From positions 3,496-67,495 of the IMG/VR virus record IMGVR_UViG_3300025161_000007: a stretch of DNA of 64,000 bases; one strand, written 5' to 3'. Shown piece after piece: positions 1-9,276 of the stretch (positions are counted from its first letter, which is position 1; each line of letters begins with the position of its first letter). Under the pieces are notes generated by a model. That model saw only the letters and a list, made by a program, of their open reading frames with translations. It had not been told where the DNA came from and searched no databases. This DNA is from a virus. The position numbers were made by a program, and so were the translations under genes.

Positions 1-5
1 TCCTC

Positions 6-785
6 ATGAAGGTCTTACCGTACAATGGCGTTATTGGTGGTGAGCGTCGCCCGTTGTACTTCCTGGCGGCCTATGGGCTGCCGGTGGTAGATGCTCGCAT
101 CATCTCGTTTGGGGCGTGCAATTTTGCGTGTCCCTATTGTAAGCGGGATGGGGCCTTTCGTGGGGAGAATGGCTCCATCGTGTCCTCGGTGGAAGCGTCG
201 ATGGAGGATATCCTGGTCGTATGTGATGACGCGATTGCGCGTGGCCAGGTAGTGCGGTTATCTGGGGGTGATCCCGTGATGTTTCAGAGGGAGAGCCTCC
301 AGATCGCTGAGTATTGTGCGTCGAAGGGGGTGAAGATCAGCATGGCTCATAACGGGTCATCGCCTGAGTTTGCCAGGCGGATGGCTCGTTATTTGAGCAG
401 TGCGGCGATTGACCTCAAGGGCCTTCCTCATGATCTGGGGAAGGTGGCAGGCATTGGCCACCATCTCGGAGAGAAGATGTTCTGGAGGTCTCTGGAGGTC
501 CAGCGTGTTTTGTCTGAGGCGGGTGTCCTGGTGGATGTGAGGACGCCGATCTTCGGAACAACTACCCTGGACGACATGCTTCAGATGGCAGAGTATGTCG
601 TCCAGAATGATGTCTTCTGGACCTGGCGGATGTACAAGCCGGTCACGGGATGCGACTGGATTCCGCCCCGGAAGGACAATGTCATCTGGATGATCGGGGA
701 GGTCAAGAAGGCCTTCCCTGGTCTCAAGATCGGCCTGAGGGCTAAGTGGGAGCCATCAGGCTTCATCATCTTCCAGGAGGTGTAA
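6..785 (+). CDS. Radical SAM protein (PflA/NrdG-activase-like)
   Basis: CxxxCxxC motif CNFACPYC; LSGGDP (SGGEP-like); AIDLKG; VDVRTP. Confidence 0.85.
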   Translation: MKVLPYNGVIGGERRPLYFLAAYGLPVVDARIISFGACNFACPYCKRDGAFRGENGSIVSSVEASMEDILVVCDDAIARGQVVRLSGGDPVMFQRESLQIAEYCASKGVKISMAHNGSSPEFARRMARYLSSAAIDLKGLPHDLGKVAGIGHHLGEKMFWRSLEVQRVLSEAGVLVDVRTPIFGTTTLDDMLQMAEYVVQNDVFWTWRMYKPVTGCDWIPPRKDNVIWMIGEVKKAFPGLKIGLRAKWEPSGFIIFQEV

Positions 786-786
786 G

Positions 787-945
787 ATGGGTCTCGAAGG
801 ATTGTTCTTCCTCTTCGTGATCCTTTACGGGATTTACGAAGCGTCGAAGAATCACGGAGCCGAGATGTGGGCCATCATCATCGCGGTCACCCTATTGATC
901 GCGGTGGGATGTGGCATCATCTCGCTCCCAATTCCTATCCAGTAG
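787..945 (+). CDS. Small membrane protein (52 aa)
   Basis: ATG 787 to TAG 945 with a GGAGG upstream; two hydrophobic stretches. Confidence 0.55.
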   Translation: MGLEGLFFLFVILYGIYEASKNHGAEMWAIIIAVTLLIAVGCGIISLPIPIQ

Positions 946-1043
946 TGGCAATTCCATTTGCCACATGGAAAGTCTGGTGTTAAACTGGCCCCATTCCTTA
1001 GTGTGTTAGAGTGGAAGTCTAATAGCAAGCTGAGGAATGGTCT

Positions 1044-1202
1044 TTACATCTCCCTGATCCAGGCAACCATCGTTGCCATGATCATGAAGGCAGCGATGAG
1101 CGAGAGGACTGGGGAGAAGGGCCATGTCATAACCAGGACGATCAGCGCAAAGATGCCTGAGGTAATCAGGCAGAAGAGCGCGATCGATTCTCGCATGTCC
1201 AT
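1044..1202 (-). CDS. Small two-TM membrane protein
   Basis: GGAGGTGA RBS and a TGgTATAGT extended -10 upstream on the minus strand; hydrophobic sequence. Confidence 0.55.
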   Translation of the reverse strand: MDMRESIALFCLITSGIFALIVLVMTWPFSPVLSLIAAFMIMATMVAWIREM

Positions 1203-1257
1203 AGTCACCTCCAGGTCAACTATACCACAACCTGGAGGGAGCACAAAAGGAGGACGT

Positions 1258-1647
1258 ATGTTCAACAAAGTAGTCTTGGTCGGGCGTCTTGGCGCTGATC
1301 CCGACCGGCGGTTCACCCCGTCCGGTCAAGCGGTCACCAACTTTCGTATGGCCGTCTCCCGCCAGTATACCCGCAATGGGGAGCGGGTGGAGGAGACAGT
1401 ATGGGTTCGCGTCACCGCCTGGGGGAAGCTCGCCGAAGTGGTGGGCGAGTATCTCCAGAAGGGGCGCATGGTGTTAGTGGAAGGCCGGTTAGAGCCGGCT
1501 TCGGCCTGGATCGACAAGGCCTCCGGTGAGGCGCGAGCATCCGTGGAGGTCACCGCCGAAACCGTGAAGTTCCTTAGTGGTCGCAGCAACGGCCAGACCG
1601 AGGAGGGGCCTCAAGCCTCCGAGGTTGTGGAGGATATGCCGTTCTGA
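1258..1647 (+). CDS. ssb: Single-stranded DNA-binding protein
   Basis: MFNKVVLVGRLGADP...VLVEGRL; acidic C-terminal tip EDMPF; AAGGAGG RBS. Confidence 0.95.
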   Translation: MFNKVVLVGRLGADPDRRFTPSGQAVTNFRMAVSRQYTRNGERVEETVWVRVTAWGKLAEVVGEYLQKGRMVLVEGRLEPASAWIDKASGEARASVEVTAETVKFLSGRSNGQTEEGPQASEVVEDMPF

Positions 1648-1727
1648 GGAAGAGGTAGGGAGTAGCCAGCGGCAGCCCTGAAGGACAGGGGAGAGGTATA
1701 GGGCCTCCCCTGTCCTCTGTCTCACCT

Positions 1728-3989
1728 ATGGGAGTGAACATGGCGCTTGCAATCCCGATCTTTGGCCATAAGGCGCTCAAGCATATCACGTACAGAAATA
1801 CTATGCTTGAGTGCGTCCACCCAGAGGAAGCGAAGGAGCTCATCATTCTCAAGACGGATGATGAGTTTCCCGAAGAGTTCAGGGGGAAACCCGCGTCGTT
1901 CATCAGCGCCAATGTCAAGTCGGGCTGCGCATTCTATGGCCCGGACGTCGCGCAGAGATACGGCAAGGTGGCAGAGGATGCCATCTATTGCGGCACCCTC
2001 CTGTCGTCTCTGCGCTTCCGGCCCGTTAAGAGGACCATCCGCGTCCTTGTGGTCAAGGATGGCGAGCGTGGCACTGGCGACTGCCACGGTATCGTCTCGC
2101 CACAGTTATTGGAGGCCCTCCGCCAGGAGGATCAGGCCACTCAAGAGGCGAGGATGTTGTCCAGTGGTCGTGGCCTGCGTGTACCCAAGTCGCAGGTCGC
2201 GCAGTTCAGAATGGTGGTGCCTAATCAGCATCTGGTGAAGGGCACCATCCGAGAGGGGAAGACCGGCGACTTCGATCTCATCCTCCCACTCTCCGCCTTT
2301 AAGGGCAATAAGCCCAATGAGGGGGAGAACGAGTGGGAAGCCTGGATCGGAGTCAGAGAGTGGGCTTCCCCCCGCAAGTATCGGATGGGATACCAGGTCT
2401 GGCAGTATATCCCATTCGATGTGCTCAGCAAGGATATTGATCCAGTCGAGGATGCCGCCTATCTCCTCAATCAGTGGGATCGCAAAGACATCCTGGAGCA
2501 TCTTGGCATCGAGGACCCAGAGATGCCACCCAGAGATGTCTTCTTCGAAATCCTCCTGGCCAGTGACAAGACGGGGGTATCCTTACTGCACCCTGTCATT
2601 GCCAAAAAGGTCGCGCAGGCGTACCGGAACAGATGGCGCGACCTGGCTCTGAATGCTGGCCAGTATGGGATCGGGTTAATGGGTGTCCCTGACGACTCCC
2701 TGCCCTTAGGGGTCGTCGCGGCACCTGATATTCATGCCCTGGAAGTGATCTGCACCAGATATCCTCTCAGGGGGCCACAGGATGTGCGCGTCTTCAAGAA
2801 CGCGCACAAGGGAGCCTTTAAGGTCCCTCATGGCTGTGTCGCCATGAGCCATGCCACAGCCTTATTGCTGGCAGGCGATTTCGATGGCGACATCTTTGTC
2901 TTGCGTGACGCAGACGATCTCCCCCACGTCACGCAGTTCTTGAAGGGAAGGGAGCTTCCCCCTGACATCGTCAAGGAGAAGAAGCGGTTGAAGACACCCT
3001 GGAGTGAACGTACAAAGGTCTTCAACCGCGCCCGGACGATGTCAGCCATGATTGCTCCCATCGCCAACAGCATCACTAAAGCAGTGACCGTTGGACGATG
3101 GGACATCGTCTATCAACTGGGCCAGCAACTCCAGATCGCCGTCGATGGCATCAAGTATGATGGCGAACTGGATGAGGCCCTGGTCAATAAGCTCATGGGA
3201 GAGTTGGACCAGGTAGACTGGCTGGTCCAGGCCAAAGACAAGGCCGTGTTCTCCATGAAGGCCCCCACGGAGAGCCAATCGGAAGGCACCATCGCCAGGA
3301 TTTGGTCCCTCGTTGCCCAGGAGTTCACCCCCGTTGAGGAGCGGGCAGTGGACTGGGAGGAGTGGCGAGGATTGGTGCCTGCACCCTCCAGGTCCCTCTA
3401 TGATCCGCAGTCGAAGCGGGTCAATGGGGGGAAGATCATCAAATGCCAGGCCAATGGGGTCAAGCCTGGCGATATTGTGGATGATCACGGTTGCCCTTCT
3501 CGGAAAGGGCACGTGGTCAGAGAGGTGCGCAAGGGGGAGATCCTTGTCGGCGGGGTCATCGACAAGGGACCTGCGCACTTCATGGCCTGGAAGCTCTTCC
3601 TCGGCCCTATTGCCACAGCTATGAAGGCCGAGGGGGAAGAGCGGGATGAGGCCATCGCCGAGATCTGCCAGAATCTGCGGCGATGGGCGGAGGGAGAATC
3701 GCTCATTCGCGGCGATGAGGTATTGCCTGGATTAACTCAGAACCGCGAGGAGTGGTTCAAGGCGTTCTGGCACATCGGGATCGATCACCGGTCCACAGTG
3801 TGCTTCGTCGCCTTTCCCGATCTTTGCATCAAGGCCTTCGCTGACCTCGAACCAGAGGCAGCCACAAAGGCTGGTATTCGGTGTAAAGGCGGAAAGGTGG
3901 TATCATGGGCGGCAGCCCAGCCACTCATCGACTCGCTGCCACCAGAGCGCCGCGCCAGGGCGCTCCAGGCCATGCGGCAGTTCGCGTGA
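1728..3989 (+). CDS. Single-subunit two-barrel RNA polymerase, YonO/QDE-1 (cellular RdRP)-like; start may be 1740
   Basis: GDFDGD catalytic loop (aa ~383-388) plus the motifs GDCHGIVS, QFR...KG, TRYP...D and AVDGIK in the order found in cellular RdRPs. Confidence 0.8.
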   Translation: MGVNMALAIPIFGHKALKHITYRNTMLECVHPEEAKELIILKTDDEFPEEFRGKPASFISANVKSGCAFYGPDVAQRYGKVAEDAIYCGTLLSSLRFRPVKRTIRVLVVKDGERGTGDCHGIVSPQLLEALRQEDQATQEARMLSSGRGLRVPKSQVAQFRMVVPNQHLVKGTIREGKTGDFDLILPLSAFKGNKPNEGENEWEAWIGVREWASPRKYRMGYQVWQYIPFDVLSKDIDPVEDAAYLLNQWDRKDILEHLGIEDPEMPPRDVFFEILLASDKTGVSLLHPVIAKKVAQAYRNRWRDLALNAGQYGIGLMGVPDDSLPLGVVAAPDIHALEVICTRYPLRGPQDVRVFKNAHKGAFKVPHGCVAMSHATALLLAGDFDGDIFVLRDADDLPHVTQFLKGRELPPDIVKEKKRLKTPWSERTKVFNRARTMSAMIAPIANSITKAVTVGRWDIVYQLGQQLQIAVDGIKYDGELDEALVNKLMGELDQVDWLVQAKDKAVFSMKAPTESQSEGTIARIWSLVAQEFTPVEERAVDWEEWRGLVPAPSRSLYDPQSKRVNGGKIIKCQANGVKPGDIVDDHGCPSRKGHVVREVRKGEILVGGVIDKGPAHFMAWKLFLGPIATAMKAEGEERDEAIAEICQNLRRWAEGESLIRGDEVLPGLTQNREEWFKAFWHIGIDHRSTVCFVAFPDLCIKAFADLEPEAATKAGIRCKGGKVVSWAAAQPLIDSLPPERRARALQAMRQFA

Positions 3990-4015
3990 TTCCTGATGGG
4001 AATCAAGGAGACAAA

Positions 4016-4525
4016 ATGATCGGCCTTGATGTTGACGGAACCCTACTCGACTATGCCTACTCCCAACAGGGAGAGGTGAACCGACAACTCATCGAGTCCA
4101 TCAAGGGACCGATTGCTCTCATCTCCAATCAGGGAGGTATCTCCCTGGGAGTTGAGGGCAAGGTCCGTGAGGATGGACGCCCTTACCCCACTCCGCAGGT
4201 GTTCGCCACCCGCTTTGCCACACTCATGGCAGAGCTAGGCAAGGTGGGCATTGAGGTCGCTTGTGTGCGGGTGTGTGTCTATCACCCACGGGCAAGCACC
4301 GAGGCCATTAAGAAGGCCAGGGAGGAGGTCCTCTCCATCATCAAGGGGTACTGCCGTGATGCAAAGGTATTCACGACCATCGCGGCGCGTAAACCAGCGC
4401 CGTATATGCTTCGCGAATCAAGGGTAAGTGCATACTACGGCGACGGTGACGAGGATGAACAGGCCGCCCAGGCAGCCGGAGTCGAGTTCATCCGCGTCGA
4501 CCGGCTCATGGGCAGCCAGGCGTAA
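4016..4525 (+). CDS. HAD-superfamily phosphatase (PNKP/GmhB-like)
   Basis: DVDGTL, ISNQGGI, RKPAP, GDGDED..AA..AG motifs. Confidence 0.85.
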   Translation: MIGLDVDGTLLDYAYSQQGEVNRQLIESIKGPIALISNQGGISLGVEGKVREDGRPYPTPQVFATRFATLMAELGKVGIEVACVRVCVYHPRASTEAIKKAREEVLSIIKGYCRDAKVFTTIAARKPAPYMLRESRVSAYYGDGDEDEQAAQAAGVEFIRVDRLMGSQA

Positions 4526-4570
4526 GAAGAGGCAGAAGATAATCTCAAGCTAAAGCAAGGAGAGGAACAC

Positions 4571-4945
4571 ATGATCACAGTCAAGACAGAGTTCTTCTGG
4601 GACTACAATCTGAAGGAACGGAAAGCCGGGCCAAACTGGAGGGTGATCGTATCCCTCCCAGTCGATGAGACCTGCTACATCTCTCCAGAGCTCACCTGCA
4701 ATGCAACACTGGCAGGCGAGAAGCTAGACCCCTGGTGGGGATACTACGATGACACAACCAACACCAGGACAATCTATATTAACGGTCGCGTCTGCGAGAC
4801 CTATGATGAAGCCTACCAGAAGGCGATGGAGCAGATCAGAAGGATCACAGAGGAGATCGGCAATATTGCCCCTGTGCGTGCCAAAGCAGGCGCAAAACCA
4901 GTAGATTTTATCCAGTCATTCGATATCAAGGAGGTGCAGCAATGA
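4571..4945 (+). CDS. Hypothetical protein (paralogue of 5817 and 63447 ORFs)
   Basis: Good RBS; shared motifs with two other ORFs. Confidence 0.7.
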   Translation: MITVKTEFFWDYNLKERKAGPNWRVIVSLPVDETCYISPELTCNATLAGEKLDPWWGYYDDTTNTRTIYINGRVCETYDEAYQKAMEQIRRITEEIGNIAPVRAKAGAKPVDFIQSFDIKEVQQ

Positions 4946-5391
4946 AGGCTATCGTTATTGGTCGGCATAGCGGCCAGATTCCAGGGATCGAGATCGTTGA
5001 CACCCTGCCCATCACGTTCCCAGCACATTCCGAGGAATGCGCCAGCGTGCTCGTGGAACTGATCGCGCGCTGCTATCAAGAGCAGTGCGCATTGCTCTTC
5101 CAGGCCATACCTGGGCAACTGGCGGTGGCCCTGGCCAAAGTCGAGAAGGATGTACCCGTGGGCGTCATCGTCTCCAAGCCTGGCGAGCGACCGGCTGGCA
5201 AGACGATGACCGTCTACAGCCAGGAAGCCGTCGATGCTGCCAAATTCGCCAACCCAAATGCCAGAGTCACCCGCGTTCAGCAAGAGGCCAGGGACGACAA
5301 AGTTGGCGACAACGTGTGGATGGCGGAAGCGTGGGAGATTACCGTTGACCCGCCCATGAAGTTCGAGTTCTCCCACATCGAGTGGTTCTAG
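4942..5391 (+). CDS. Hypothetical protein
   Basis: ATGA overlap with the upstream gene; AAGGAGG RBS. Confidence 0.7.
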   Translation: MKAIVIGRHSGQIPGIEIVDTLPITFPAHSEECASVLVELIARCYQEQCALLFQAIPGQLAVALAKVEKDVPVGVIVSKPGERPAGKTMTVYSQEAVDAAKFANPNARVTRVQQEARDDKVGDNVWMAEAWEITVDPPMKFEFSHIEWF

Positions 5392-5414
5392 ACATGCCAT
5401 AGGTGAAATGCCTT

Positions 5415-5456
5415 GCAGTCTGCGGAGTATTTGCTCCGCAGGCTGCTCTCTTTTTT
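5415..5456 (+). terminator. Rho-independent terminator
   Basis: GCAGTCTGCGGAGTA/TGCTCCGCAGGCTGC stem followed by TCTCTTTTTT. Confidence 0.8.
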
Positions 5457-5588
5457 GTCGGTACGCGGTCCGGAGTCACATTGCCGACCCCAGGCCGCGC
5501 TTCCAGGCCCTTATAGGGCCATTTTGAGGAGTCCCCCTACCGGTGGGTAGGAACGATGGAGACCAGATTACTGAGAAAGGAGTAGACG

Positions 5589-5807
5589 ATGAGAGCCCGT
5601 CTTGTTTTCCTGGCAATTCTACTGTCCATTCTGACAGTAGTTTCGCCTGACACTGCCGTCGATGCTGGCGTCCGGCCACCGCGCTATAGCGGCGGCTACT
5701 GCTGCTCAGCCTTCCTGGATGATTTCCGCCCACCTCGATGGTGGAATGGGAAGGTCGTCCAGACGCGGATCCCTAAGTTCTGTCGCCACACCTGTGGTCG
5801 GCGCTGA
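5589..5807 (+). CDS. Small protein with predicted signal peptide
   Basis: AAAGGAG RBS; basic then hydrophobic N-terminus. Confidence 0.55.
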   Translation: MRARLVFLAILLSILTVVSPDTAVDAGVRPPRYSGGYCCSAFLDDFRPPRWWNGKVVQTRIPKFCRHTCGRR

Positions 5808-5816
5808 GGAGGAGAG

Positions 5817-6197
5817 ATGGAGCCAGTCAGGATCGATGTCTCCTTCCACGAGGCCAATGGCCTCTGCAGCTATCAGGTGGTGGTCACGCTCCCTAAGGGC
5901 AGTAACCCGGTTGACTTCGCTGGGTCGGAGATCGTCGTGGCTGGAGAGAGCCTGTCGGAGGAGTGGAAGGAGATCGACGGCTATCCACGACGTATCCTCA
6001 ATGATCCATTCGGCTACTCCACATGGGAGGAGGCAAAGGCCGCTGCCGAGGTGGTCATAGCCTGTGTGAAGGCAGACCTGGCCGCAGCGTATCTGGAGTA
6101 TGTCTATGACCACGCGGAGGAGCGTGGCGACAAGCCATCTGGATGGCACGAGTACGTGAGATTGCCAATGGGAGATAAAGACGAACATCAAGATTGA
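5817..6197 (+). CDS. Hypothetical protein (paralogue of 4571 and 63447 ORFs)
   Basis: GAGGAGGAG RBS; shared motifs. Confidence 0.7.
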   Translation: MEPVRIDVSFHEANGLCSYQVVVTLPKGSNPVDFAGSEIVVAGESLSEEWKEIDGYPRRILNDPFGYSTWEEAKAAAEVVIACVKADLAAAYLEYVYDHAEERGDKPSGWHEYVRLPMGDKDEHQD

Positions 6198-6228
6198 CCA
6201 TCTCCCCCAATTGCAGAAGGAGGCCTGT

Positions 6229-7092
6229 ATGTGGGTGCTTACTCGCGTCAATAAGGACTTCACCACCAGGATGGGGTTTCAATACCCCAACCAGGTAGGG
6301 GAAATCGTGGAGATGTCCCAGTCCCATTCAGGGTTGGAGACCGGCCTGCGTGGCCTGCCTAATGGCCAGGGATCACTCTATTGGCTGGATGACCTCGACG
6401 GTCCCTTCCTGGTCGTCGAAACGTTGGATGAGCCGAAGGAGATCTCTCAGGGCATCGTCGAGTTCAAGCGCGGGATCATCCGCTATATCGGGGATGCAGA
6501 GGGAGCAGCCAGCTTTCTCCATAAAGCTGGGCTGCGCGGTGTAGTGTACGATCACTGCTACGAAGCCGATGCCGAGGTGGGGAATCACGGGATCGCGGTC
6601 TCGCCTCATGGCAATGCACGTGGGGGAGAGAACTCCAATGCATTCGCGGTCCGTGGAGATGCAACCGTCGAGAGTGGGATCGCGGTCTCGCCCAAATGGA
6701 GGGCTGCTGTCAAGCGCTCCGGCATTGCTGTCGGTTACAGGGCAGATACAACCTTCGGGGTCTCTGTCACCACGAGCGGGTCCGCGGTATCAGTAATGGG
6801 AGATGCGGTTGCCGCAGACAATGGCTACGCAAGCACAGAGTGTGGTGTGGCCGTTGCCAACCGCGGATTTGCCAATACCTCCAGGGGTGTCGCCATCGGA
6901 TCCGAGGTGATGGTTGGGCCAGGCGGGTTAGGCATCATCCGCGAGCCAGGCTATATGGCCTACGGGGAAGAGGGGGCAATGATCATCTTCCATGCTGGCC
7001 ACATTACCAGAGTATTCGAGGTCGGCAAGGATATGCTTCCCCGCACGTGGTACCGCTTTGACGAGAAGGGAGGACCAGTCCATGATCGATAA
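6229..7092 (+). CDS. Phage protein with Gly/Ala/Val-rich repeats (probable beta-helix)
   Basis: AAGGAGG RBS; repeated GIAVS/GVAVA-type units. Confidence 0.65.
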   Translation: MWVLTRVNKDFTTRMGFQYPNQVGEIVEMSQSHSGLETGLRGLPNGQGSLYWLDDLDGPFLVVETLDEPKEISQGIVEFKRGIIRYIGDAEGAASFLHKAGLRGVVYDHCYEADAEVGNHGIAVSPHGNARGGENSNAFAVRGDATVESGIAVSPKWRAAVKRSGIAVGYRADTTFGVSVTTSGSAVSVMGDAVAADNGYASTECGVAVANRGFANTSRGVAIGSEVMVGPGGLGIIREPGYMAYGEEGAMIIFHAGHITRVFEVGKDMLPRTWYRFDEKGGPVHDR

Positions 7093-7618
7093 GATGAAGC
7101 TGGCATCGGCGATCGCTGAGGTCGGACTCTCAGATACGAAGTATCTCGCCAGTGTTGCCGGGTTGCACTATACGGAACGCGAGAAGGTCGAGCAGATCAT
7201 TGACGCGATGCGCATGGCCGATGCCATAAAGCTGGATCGGCCGCAGATCAGGGCACCACAACATGCCTTCAACCTGATCTGGCCCATGGCCATCGGCCTG
7301 GAGAATGAAGTATTGTGGGTGATCACCCTCAACACGCGCAATCGAGTATTGAAGGTCACGGACCTCTATAAGGGGACCGTGAATATGTCCAACCTCCGCT
7401 ACGCGGAGCTCTTCCGTGATGCGGTCCGCCTCAATGGGGAAGCCATCATCATAGCGCACAACCACCCCTCTGGAGACCCCAGCCCGTCACCGGAGGATGT
7501 CAATGTCTTCCGCAGAGCAAAGGAAGCGGGGAAGATCCTGGATATCGACGTGCTGGACAGTATCATCATCGGTGGTAACCGCTATGTGAGCTTAGCGGAG
7601 CGAGGCTTAGGAGGGTAA
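7082..7618 (+). CDS. radC: RadC-family JAB/MPN domain protein
   Basis: IIAHNHPSGDPSPSPED...LDIDVLDSIIIG. Confidence 0.92.
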   Translation: MIDKMKLASAIAEVGLSDTKYLASVAGLHYTEREKVEQIIDAMRMADAIKLDRPQIRAPQHAFNLIWPMAIGLENEVLWVITLNTRNRVLKVTDLYKGTVNMSNLRYAELFRDAVRLNGEAIIIAHNHPSGDPSPSPEDVNVFRRAKEAGKILDIDVLDSIIIGGNRYVSLAERGLGG

Positions 7619-7619
7619 C

Positions 7620-8003
7620 ATGTACGATCTTGCAGCTGAATACCATGCCCACCTGGATCGCCTGGATGGTGTGTCAACTCCACGCACCATTCGGGGAGTG
7701 AAGTTGACAGACGTGATCATCGGCAAGCGAAATCCAGATGGGAGCACCACGATCCTGCTGGGAAACCGTGAGCTCCATCCCTCCTTGAAGCACAGCTACG
7801 ACTTCGAGTGGGGGTATGGGGGCTCCGGGCCTGCGGAGACCGCCTGGGTCATCCTCAGTGCGGTTTTCGATAAGGATACCGCCGATGATCTCTATCAGCA
7901 CTTCAAGTGGGAGATCGTTGCTGGCCTGCCTCGTCAGGGGTGGGCCATGACCGTTCAGGAAGTCATGGATTGGGTGCGCGAGAAGATCGCACTGCCAGTC
8001 TAG
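7620..8003 (+). CDS. DUF6166-like phage protein
   Basis: HSYDFEWGYGGSGPA motif; YQHFKW. Confidence 0.7.
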   Translation: MYDLAAEYHAHLDRLDGVSTPRTIRGVKLTDVIIGKRNPDGSTTILLGNRELHPSLKHSYDFEWGYGGSGPAETAWVILSAVFDKDTADDLYQHFKWEIVAGLPRQGWAMTVQEVMDWVREKIALPV

Positions 8004-8014
8004 AGGAGGAAGAC

Positions 8015-8911
8015 ATGTTGCACATCATGGCGTCACACGGCCAGGCTCTGCTCAACCAGGAAGATCGCGAGCGGGAGAGGCAGATCGAGGCTCGGAACAG
8101 GCAAGTCCAGGAGAAGATCAATGAGGCCAAGTGCGAGTTCGCCAGGCTACTCGGCGAGGCCTGGGGCGAGCTAGAGCCCTATATTGTCTGGGAGTGGGGA
8201 ACCCCATCGGGCGTCAAGGTGGAGTGCCACCACCCAGACTTCGGCAAGCTCACCCTCTTAAAAGAGGGGAGCATGTGCTACATCGGCTCACGAGAGACCA
8301 GCTACAGCTACAAGGCCTTAGGCACCAATGAGGTTGATAAGCTACTGGCCATTGCCTACAATGCGCAGTCCGTGCGCAAGCAGAAGTGGCAGGCTCTCAT
8401 GGAGAAGGCGAAGCAGGCCATCGCCATTGCCAGGCAGAACAAGGCGACTCTGACTGTCTACCAGGATGCTTGTCGGGCATACTGCATCAAGATGATGGAT
8501 GCTTACTGGTCGCCCTGGAAGGCCTACCTGATCGAGTACAACGCGGGGGATCACACGGACTTCGTAATGTCGCTCGATCCCCCCACGGAGCAGCCCATCA
8601 GGGCAATTAAGGACAACGGCAAGATCACGAAGATGTATCTTGGCCAGTACATCACCGCTTCGGAGAACCCGTTCGATGTTCGCCCAGGTATCTACGGGGC
8701 GGAGCCATATCACCAGAGCTTCACGGTAGGCGGGTTTGTGATCAATGTTCCCCCTATGGTCACCTTCCAACACGATAACCCACCGCAGCGCGGGGAGGTC
8801 CTCCAGGCTGAGGACCACGAGACTGAGGGGATGGTGCGCTACCTGGCTGAGGTGGAGTATGACATCAGCCCTGAGGAGTTGCTAACCCGCATGGGGTACG
8901 AGGAGCCGTGA
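8015..8911 (+). CDS. Hypothetical protein
   Basis: GAGGAGG RBS; long ORF. Confidence 0.7.
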   Translation: MLHIMASHGQALLNQEDRERERQIEARNRQVQEKINEAKCEFARLLGEAWGELEPYIVWEWGTPSGVKVECHHPDFGKLTLLKEGSMCYIGSRETSYSYKALGTNEVDKLLAIAYNAQSVRKQKWQALMEKAKQAIAIARQNKATLTVYQDACRAYCIKMMDAYWSPWKAYLIEYNAGDHTDFVMSLDPPTEQPIRAIKDNGKITKMYLGQYITASENPFDVRPGIYGAEPYHQSFTVGGFVINVPPMVTFQHDNPPQRGEVLQAEDHETEGMVRYLAEVEYDISPEELLTRMGYEEP

Positions 8912-9276
8912 TGGACGCCTACATGGTCATGAACGGGAAGATCGAAAGGGGAATCCCCCACGGATACGCCTACGGCATAGACCGCACGTACAGGGCTACC
9001 TACCTGGGTACACGTCCCATCATCTGGATCGACGATGCGGTCAGCGCCAATGGGTACATCCTCAGCGTGCCAGGCGATGGCGTGATCGTCATGATCACCA
9101 ACGTGCGGCAGAACACCCCAGACCGCTATGTCTACACTTACGAGTCAGACGGCTGGGGTCTCTGGAACATGATCGTGAAGCTTGGGGAGTGTGAGGAGAT
9201 ACGCTGGCAGGGAAGCGACGGCCAGTGGTATCTCCTCACAGTGAAGGATGGGGTTCCCCTGGTGTCTCCGCAATAA
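8908..9276 (+). CDS. Hypothetical protein
   Basis: Overlaps the upstream stop; RBS present. Confidence 0.6.
   Translation: MMDAYMVMNGKIERGIPHGYAYGIDRTYRATYLGTRPIIWIDDAVSANGYILSVPGDGVIVMITNVRQNTPDRYVYTYESDGWGLWNMIVKLGECEEIRWQGSDGQWYLLTVKDGVPLVSPQ

Noticed and set aside
958-1257. N-terminal extension of SSB in the ORF track
   Set aside because: A strong RBS precedes ATG 1258, and the region encodes a minus-strand membrane ORF.
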